Origin: Lytechinus pictus
Taxonomy: Eukaryota
DNA length: 64,000 bases
Direction of reading: 5' to 3'
Assembly (NCBI RefSeq): GCF_037042905.1
Contig: NC_087254.1
Span: forward strand, 8,680,001-8,744,000
Within the stretch, counting starts at the first letter, position 1, and every line of letters begins with the position of its first letter. Below, in pieces: positions 47,679 through 64,000 of this stretch. Under the pieces are notes generated by a model. The model saw only the letters and a list, made by a program, of their open reading frames with translations. It was not told the DNA's origin and did no database searches. A program made the position numbers and the translations under genes.

Positions 47679-50068
47679 CAGGGGCGGAAATCTCTCCCAA
47701 AAGGTAGGGGGGACACAGGAGCGGATCCAGCCTTCGCCAATAGGGGGGGCGGAAATTTGTTTCAGCCATATTTCCCCGATCAGCAGCTCGAAGATGATTT
47801 TGTTTGTTTCTTTGAAGGGGTAGTCCTCATTAGTCACTTCTTAGCTTTATTCTAATAAATTGATATATAATATCATAATCCTTATTCATATGATGCGAGC
47901 ACGGAGCGCGAGCAAATTTTTTTGGAAATTTTATGTATTTTTCCTAAAATTTGAATTGATTCTGGGCAATGTTTGTTATCCTGAAAAAGATGTGTATGCA
48001 ACCTAATAATTACTACGACGGAAAAGCGCGAGCAGAAATGAACTGATGGAAAAGATACCTGTTAAAGTAGCATTTAACAATCAAATAATGCGAGCGCGAA
48101 GCGCGAGCTGATTTCTTTTTGACATTTTCACCTAAAGAATGGAAATTCTAAGCACTTTTTGTAACTCAAGCAGAATAGGTATATAAGTAAACAATTAATG
48201 CGAGCGCGAAGCGCGAGCGGAAAATTTCGAGGTTTAGTCCTATAATATTTACTGAACGAGACACTATTCACGTTTTGTAAATCCTGAAAAGGATGAGTAT
48301 TAAAAATGCAAGCGCAAAGCGCGAGCAGAAAATTTTTATATACGTTTTGAACTGGTACCTGTTGAAAAGGTACCTGTTTAAGGACTGCTTGCACTTAGCC
48401 ATGAAGGCGTTACATATTTCAACAATCAAAAAATGCGAGCGCGAAGTGCGAGCTGAAAAATTTTAAACTTTCTAAAGAAAGAATTGAAAATTTTAATCAG
48501 TTTTTGTAATCGTGAACAGGATAGCTATATTATTTAACGATTGATGAGAGTGCGAAGCGCGAGCAGAAAACAAATTCGAGATTTAGACCTAAAAATGGGC
48601 CACTCTGTTCATGTCTTGTAAATCATCAAAAGGATGAGTAATATGGGGTCTTCCTACATTAATAATGCGAGCACAAAGCGCGAGTAGAAAAATTTTGATA
48701 TTGTGATCTGAAACTGGATAATGATTTGAATTAGAGAACAAGTTGAGTATCTGAATAAACATGCGCGAGCGTGTTTCATATTTAGACCTAGAATCTAGGC
48801 ATTCTAAATACAACTTTAATCATGAAAATCATGAAACTTTGATATTCCGATTTGAAAAAAGAGTCAATTTCAGCTTTATATTTTAAGCACTTTGTAGAAA
48901 AATTGTAAGGTGGATATGGATCACACTTAAAAAAGAGCTGATATTATTATTAATTTGAGTTTTGACAGAGGACCGGGACATCCTTACGACATGTCATCAT
49001 ATGAAAATGATGACTATCTCTCTATTCCTCTTGCTAAGCGCGAGATGAAACAAAAGGGACAATATAATTATTTAATTAATATAACATTTATTAATGCCTA
49101 ATGAGGGCGCGAAATCTGATGATATCATGGCATAAAAACTGGACATTTCACTTTTGTGATTATGAATAGGATGCATCAGTTAATATATTTTTAACCATTA
49201 ATGCAAGCGCAAATCGCGAGCTAAAATTTTTGATAAACTGTCATGAAGAGGGGATTTTAAATACTTTGTTGTATAATCAATATTGAAACATTTATATAAC
49301 TCGCCAATCAAAATGCGAGCGTGCAGCGCGCTAGCTGATACGTCTTGACAATCAGACCTGAAAAGGGATATTTTGAAAACTTTATGGAATACACGAAAAT
49401 AATAGGTACCTGATAAATCAAAATTTGCGATCGCGCAGCGCAAGCAGCAAATGTTAACATTCAGAGCACTTTTTAAAAACCAATTGGTAAATTACAGAAA
49501 ATATTGAAAGTTCGATTTCCAAGGTGAAATATGTTATGTATATTGACTTCCAAACTTGATATTCGAACTCCATATTGAACAACATATGTAAATCACCTAA
49601 CAGGCAATGCGAGCGCGAAGCGCGAGCAACAATTTTGTATAGTGGCACGAAAGATTCTTTTTATTTTCCAAGTCTTCCCCTCATCTTATTTTATGCACTC
49701 GTTGTCTTTCTTTTCTTTTTCTCCTCTCTTTTCCCTCCTTTTTTCCTTCTTTCGTTCCCTTTTTTCTTTTTTTTTTGCTCCGCCAAGAGGGGGGGGGGGG
49801 GGAGGGCGGGCCCCTCGGCCCCCTGGATCTGCCTATGGGGACACTGGGGCGGGAAAATTTGATAAGCAAATAAAAATTAAAGGTTATCATCGCCAAAGTA
49901 AGGTCATCTCGTCCCAAAATACATGTTTTATTTCGATTTAGAATGATGTATTTCTTACCATCATAAAAGACCTAAAATAGTAGGGGGGACATTTGATATT
50001 GTGTCCCCCCCTACTATTTTGAGTAGGGGGGACACGTCCCCCCTGTCCCCCTGGGATTTCCGCCCATG
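47679..50068. mobile_element. hAT-type MITE with a ~2.1-kb element nested at 47716-49837
   Basis: AACGTTAG|CAGGGGCGGAAATC ... GATTTCCGCCCATG|AACGTTAG; inner element CAGGAGCGGATCCAG...CTGGATCTGCCTATG flanked by GGGACA. Confidence 0.8.
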
Positions 50069-53000
50069 AACGTTAGTAAGCTTCCGCCTCTCCACTTTTT
50101 TTAATAAACGTATAACTTTTTTTGTTAAAAAGGGCGTCACGGTGCTTGGTACGGTCAACCCCCATCCACCCTCCCCCTTCCGAAATTATTCCGCGGCCCC
50201 TACAGATTACATTCATTCTTCCAAAGACAAGAGTTAAATGCGAATGATTTTAGCATGACACTAAATGTAAATTTTAAGCTGGAAACGAAAATAGAAATAG
50301 GAAAATGCATGAACGATAAAGGCCTATCAGGATGCATGAGAAAGGCATTACCGTTTTTATCTGGGAAAAAGATGATATCGATAAACGGTATTTTATCTTT
50401 TTAAAGAATGTATGCGATTTTTAGAAATAAAACTCGGCAACATTAACACATGGGGATTTTTCCGAGAGAGTTATTGAACCCATTTCTGAGAACAAGGCGT
50501 GTACACGGAACAGCCGATTAGATTTTATCTTTCGGCAAAGGGTCCTCGATGATCTTGGAAAAATGGGGTTCGACCAAGAAAAATTATGAAACGGTAGTAC
50601 ACAAAGACAATTCACCAGATTTTAGCATCCTTGATAATGGCTATAGGAGGAGAGCTGAGGTACAATACAACTGTCTTTACAAGGTCGACACCATAGACAT
50701 GCTTGTCCACAAATTAAAGAGCAAATTGCATGCCAATTCATCTACTTCCATCTCGTCTACTTTCATTCAGTCGAATGTCATTTTGCACATCAACAATTCG
50801 TCCACCAACCATTCCATCCAATCATCTTTTCATCAAACAGCCATTTTCGTCCACTCACCATAACCAATTCGTCTACATGTACACCCAATTGGTCTACTAA
50901 CCAGTTATTTTGTATAAATCAGTCCATCTAATATTCATATGGTCCAATAACTAAATCAGCCAACTCCAGATATAGTCCAATATCCTCACGGTCTATTTGT
51001 CAATTCGTCCAATTTTCATTTTTGTCTTATCATTTCGTCCATTAGTCCAATCAGTTTGTCTAGTAGTCAAATGGTCTAATAACTATTTTGTCCAAACCTC
51101 AAATCATAAAATAGCCACTTAGTCCAATATGAACTTGGTCCAAGATCCATTTCGTCTTATTCTTCGATGGGATCGAAATAATTTAATGATTATTACATGT
51201 ACCTTATATTGATAGAATGATGGTAATTTCCTGGGTGGATTCAATAGACTAGCGTCCTTACACACACATAATCGAAAAATATTAAAGTGGGAAAAATGAA
51301 TGGTTTGAATAAAAGAGAAGCTGCGCCAAATTTGACATACCTCTGCCAAAAACATCTGGAAGGCGAATGGTTGGTTGGTTGGGTTTAGTGGTGATGGCGC
51401 TATCCGATGATTTACGCCAGGCTATGCGAGAGGGATTCCGACCTCACCTGTACAGCTCGCATTTTGCTATTTTGCTATTAATTGCACTGTATGTGAGATA
51501 AAGATTCACCTAGGAAAGGCGTAGTGCAGTATTAAAAAAAATTACCATTTTATTTAATAAACATCAGTTGTCAGATTTACGTTAGTACTCGTGCTTGTCT
51601 TTTCCCTTCATGGACCCGAGTGTTAGTTGATTGGTTTTAATAATGTGGTTTTAAAAATATATATTTTCTTTGTCAGCGAAGAAATCATCGGACTTTATAA
51701 AGGAAAGTAAAATGAAACTAAATAAAACAGTGAAGGAAAAGAGAAGAAAGAGATAAATCTACGTTAAATCGAGCAGGGCGCCGGAACACATAGGTTAGCG
51801 ATGAATAGCAAAATAAAGGCCTTGATCATCGTTGCATGCGTATTTTGCACAGTATACGGACTACGAACCAATCAGAATTGTTCCTTCAAATTAGCAATCA
51901 ATCGCTAACCTTTGTGTGTTACGGGAATCAGAAGAATCTTTGACACATGCATCTGGCAATTTGAGCACAACTTTCAGTCATACATGCCCCCACTTCGCTA
52001 TAATACCAAACCAAAATACTTCTTACACAAAATGTTACCTTCTTCTCACCTAAACATGACAACAAATCTCATAAATCATTACTTTTTTATACTATATTAC
52101 AAGAGTCTGAAATGTATGTTTTCTTTGTCAGTAGTATATTTGATTTTATTCAAAAATGTTCATATTGATCACAATTCTCTATCACATAGAATCCACAAAT
52201 TAGCATATAAAATCGGAAAAAGGGAATCCTCCCCTCCCCATCCTCCCCTTCATTAAATTTGGCATGCAAGTAAAAAAAAAAGAACCTCGTATGACATTTC
52301 TTTATAAGATCAGTTTACTGAATGTTTGACTTTTAATGGGCTGGGGCAAACCGACTCTGTGGCAGGGGGGGGCTTCTCTTACTCGCAATGTACCTTCGGG
52401 ATCAGGACGTACAATTTACCCACATAATAATAAGCTAACGCTCTTCATCTTAAGAATAAAAATATTCCGAGGACATGATTTACAATCCCACTACCCTTAT
52501 TCATCAATTATTCATCCATTTACATTAACATGTATAATGGATTTCGACTTGAGGATTCAAACCGTTTTGCTCCGAAGACAATTAATCCATGGATTGTTTG
52601 ATTTGATGTGAAATGATCATACTAATAATGCAACCATTGAACAATTATTGGCCCAAAGTGGCTTATCAAGGCATACATGACCTACATATGGAGGAATGAG
52701 GGCAAGGACTTGTCGCATCAACCAAGAAACTATTCCAATACTGTTACATAACTGCTGTCTTTTACACACTGGATGTCTCCCCCTAAAGACGAACTTACAC
52801 TTGATTCACGGCAGGAAGTGTTTTTTTTTTACAGTACAAGACCTATCCATCAGAAAATTACAAATCATCAACCTATTCATGGCCAACATGATTGATCAGG
52901 TAATTAACATACATTTATGAATAACATTTTTTTCTATCACAGCGTCAGGCAAAATCACATACATGTACTGTAAATGCGGCACTGGGAATCAACAAACACT

Positions 53001-54809
53001 AGAGTAATACCAGTTTGACTAGAATACAATTTCACTAATGGGTGATGGTGATCATTTAAAAAAACAAATTTTACAAAAAAGGTAAATTGTATTTATATGC
53101 TTTACATTAAGCAATCATAACAATCAAATAATTGTCAAGTTTACGTAAAGCTATATCAAAATGCACGGGGCCATGTAGCGATTTCACTAATTCATATATA
53201 ATAAATACAGAATAATTTGTTCAGCAGTGCATAATCAGTTTCTCCCCTAAATAACTACTATACATCCACTGACTTCATAATCATAAAATACACATCTGAG
53301 AAGAGTCGATCGCATCACATGTGATCACGGTTCATGAAAGCAAAACATGTTTACATTCCAAAAAAGCCCAACTGCCAACAGCTTTGTACAAACTGGTCAA
53401 TACATGTGGTATACCACCTATTGCCCTCACGAGGCAAAAAGTAATTAAAGGGCATTGAACACAATTCACAGAGTAGCCACATCTATGAATTTTACAATAC
53501 TGGGTTGAATCTTTAAGGCATACAAGTAACATATCAGATTAAAATCAATAAACACATGTATATACAGATGTATGTCATAACATGCATTTTACTGCTTTTA
53601 TTACACGTGTCTATTTATCCAAATGCACTGTAAAGAACTGCGATGACGACAGCTCACACAGCGAAAGTTAGCATCACTATCTTTTTCAATACATGCTCCC
53701 AGTGTGGAGAAAAAATAACAAGCAGAATACCCCCCTCTACGGACCAACTATTAGCAAGCATGTAAGAAATTAACCAATTAAAATTCACTATTGCAAGCCC
53801 ATCCCTATTTCAGCATTCTTACAATCATCCTAATCATCGTTTTGTTTGCCTAAGAAATCATCACATTGATAACATAGCCTATACTGTAACAAGGTGTAAC
53901 GAATCATGAAACTTCATCTCCATAAAGCATAGCATCGTAAACTTTTTACTTTCACTACTTTAGCTGCATCACTGACTACCCACACAGGATCATATAAAAA
54001 AACACCACAGGGAACTCATATCGTGTGTATGATTATATACTAAATGATATTCACAGAGTGCCATAAGCTTTGAAGCAAATTTACAATCATATTTTGATAA
54101 AATGTGATGTATATAGAGCAATGTGTTTCATACATGTTTTACCAATGTTGAAAAGTAGCAATTTCGATAATAAAAAAAACATTGTCCTATCATGAATACA
54201 GAACTGAGCTGTAATCCTCAAAATTAATCTCAATTTTAGAATCTTGAAGTAATTACATGTGGCTTATACTAGTAATACCCCTCGAAATCTCTAAAAAGAT
54301 AAATCAATAAAAATTAATAAAAAATGAAAAGTGAACACTGTGGGCATAAAACCCCCATGATCTCAATAAATGTTCATAAAATAATCACACAGAATCATGA
54401 AAGGAAAACAAGAAAAAAAAGCGATTAAATTAATAGTTATCTGAAGTACACAGAACAAAAAATTCTAAAAACCAATAAATTTTACAAGTCCAGTCATCCA
54501 ATGATTCGAGCTGTCCCTTTTTGAATGGACTATACATATACATATGAATATTTATTAATTTGGTGGTAAAGCCAGAGTATATATTTTGCAATTCCATAGG
54601 AAGGCAATCTAATTACAAAGTCATTCTCTCCAAATCCATCAACCCTATTCTCGACATCCATTTTCCTACTGATAATCCCGACAGCATTAAAATAGCCCTG
54701 TACAACCTTTTAAGGTACCCTCTCAATGATGTTACACTCCCTTCCCTTTTTTTCTGAATGACCTGCACTGCTTCTATATCCAAGTTGGTCATTGATGCCA
54801 TGTCCTCTC

Positions 54810-61824
<7,015 letters not shown>

Positions 61825-62309
61825 CTGATGGGGAAAAAAGTACAAAATTATTCAGGGTCAATGTAATGGCAAATTGGAAATTACATCCTATATCATTAAG
61901 GCCACTCTGAACAAATGATTAATTTAACAGCTCATCCAATCTTGTTTCCACTAATTCCTTTCTCTGATCAAGAAAACAAACAAAATTATATGCTGAATGT
62001 TCATGTACAATATACAGTGTATACACAATTTCAATTTTAAACCATGCATCCCTAATTAGTTAAATTGGAAGGGAAATGTTTTTATTACCGGTATGTAACT
62101 TTCTAACTCTACATTACATGTACATGTACATGTACTGGTATATCAAAATCGGCTTAAACTTCAGCTCATCTTTTCCTGTCCTTCAATGTGAACTTTATAC
62201 ACACAATACATTTAACTGTGTATGAATAAAATTGAAATTTAATGATAAAGGATTACAACATTCAGGAAATACATGTACAAGTGTAGTAGATACATGTACA
62301 TATATATAT

Positions 62310-63600
62310 GGGCTATTCCACGGTTACTCACGTTACATTTGGAGACACCTTGACTCATACTTGGAGCTGTTACTCCGTTATTATTGATAGGAACTAAACA
62401 TCTCCTTATCACAACAAAGTACACAGTCTGACTATCCTTTGTATAAAAACAAAACTTTGGAAATTTTATTATGCTCCTGGCAAATCTTTGGAATGTGTCG
62501 GTTACTCACGTTACATGATTTGGACATGCATAAAATGAAAAGTCGACATAAGTGAAAAGTCTCCTCATACAAGGCTTTTATGAAAGTTGATTATATCCAT
62601 TTCAAAGAAGTATATTAGGGAGACAAACTTTGTACATAATTAAAAAAATAAAGAACACATGGTTTTTACTTGGGGTGCAGATAATATGGTTACTCACGTT
62701 ACGGTTACTCACGTTACATTTTGTCCATGTATAGTTAACAACACAAATGTCATAAAAAATTCAATAATGTGTGTAAAATTCATTGCTAGGAACATCAAAA
62801 AGAGATTTTATACAAAAAATTGGAAATATTGGAGCTTTATTAGGGAGTAAGAGGGAAAAGTATGATTTTGCTTACTAATTATGCATAAATTAGCATAATT
62901 GCTTAATACCAATTTGCATGAAATAAATTACTGTATAGTATTGTAGATTATGTCCAAGACAACCTGCGTGCAAATTTTTGGCGTGATCGTGCGGCCAATG
63001 GCCGAGATCTCAAGGGGGGGCCTGGGAGGCCCCACCCACCCCCCCCCCCCCCCCCCCGGGCCATATTAACTCCCAAAATACCCAGCCTAGATAGGGTTAC
63101 AGGTAAGGACATTCAATGTGTTGTTCGAACACTCTTTAAAGTTTGGTTAATCGAAACCAAGTCTTACTAATGCACTCTCGCATTGTGAATACTTGTACTA
63201 ATATTCAATTTTTTGTGTGATTGTATGACCACTGATATTTTGATGAACAAAGAGTCACATCAAAGAGGTGTACCCTCATTTTGCTTTCAATTAATCAAAA
63301 ATAACTTCACAACTCACCATGAGACTTAAAACTTGACATCCCACTGAAAATATTACCTCACTGCATGATTTTTACTGGTTACTCACATTACATGATGGTT
63401 ACTCACGTTACAAGGTTACTCACATTACAGTTTTTCTTCATCATTTTTATAAAAAATTGTACTTTTTAATGATTTTGATAGTCATTACTGTATCAAAGAT
63501 TGTTTGAAGGAAGAGAATTTAAAATCCCACCAATTAACTGTAAAGAATTTTTCTCTCAGAAAACAAAGTCAGTTTTTTCGGTTACTCACGTTACATCACC
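62310..63600. mobile_element. DNA-transposon-like sequence with a reiterated GGTTACTCACGTTAC motif
   Basis: About 8 direct copies (62322, 62500, 62688, 62703, 63378, 63397, 63414, 63580); the other end is not identified. Confidence 0.5.
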
Positions 63601-64000
63601 TGAGCAGGTTGCAATATTCATTTTTGAATGAGTACTACAAATTTACTTGAAAAGCTGTTGTGTATTTTAGGTAATTTGACTCTTCTAAACTTCAGAAATA
63701 TATAAAATGGTATGTTGTTGCAATAACAAAATGGTAATAAGGCATATTTAATTTTTCACTATTTTTCTTGTATTTTGATACAGAATGGAAGACACAACTT
63801 TTGACCATTTTTTTCCAAAGTATACATAAGAAAATAAACTTTTTATTTCTTGTTCCTGAAACTATCATGCATGAAGGACTTAAAGTATTAAAAAATTCAA
63901 GAAAATATTGAATTTGAATTTTTAAGCTCATGTCCACCAACCTGTGGAATTGCCCATATGTTACCAACTTGATATCGAGTCTCAAAAACATGCTAATAAT

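Overview
AT-rich eukaryotic genomic DNA, most likely from an invertebrate deuterostome. Sea urchin is inferred from the repeat landscape and gene content. The left 34 kb is a cluster of intronless rhodopsin-class (class A) GPCR genes: 5 intact ORFs, 4 disrupted copies and short fragments. Most of the cluster comes from one tandem segmental duplication (~5456-15307 vs ~15318-28667). Every receptor with TM3 lacks the DRY arginine (NxY/TLY instead) and has QPxxY for NPxxY. Two intact members carry Arg at the normally Leu 3.43 position. The right end holds six minus-strand coding exons of a FoxK gene (FHA end plus forkhead domain); its 5' exon(s) lie beyond the window. The rest is dense with non-autonomous DNA transposons (Kolobok-type TTAA, P/hAT-type 8-bp TSD, Harbinger-type, Tc1/mariner-type), a tRNA-SINE, LINE fragments and foldback structures. 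One internally deleted Kolobok in a FoxK intron keeps the 5' ends of two convergent genes: a THAP domain and a P2X7-C-terminus-like Cys domain. A CpG-rich promoter near 44.5 kb may drive a spliced minus-strand non-coding or small-ORF transcript. All alignments were done by eye and no database searches were run.
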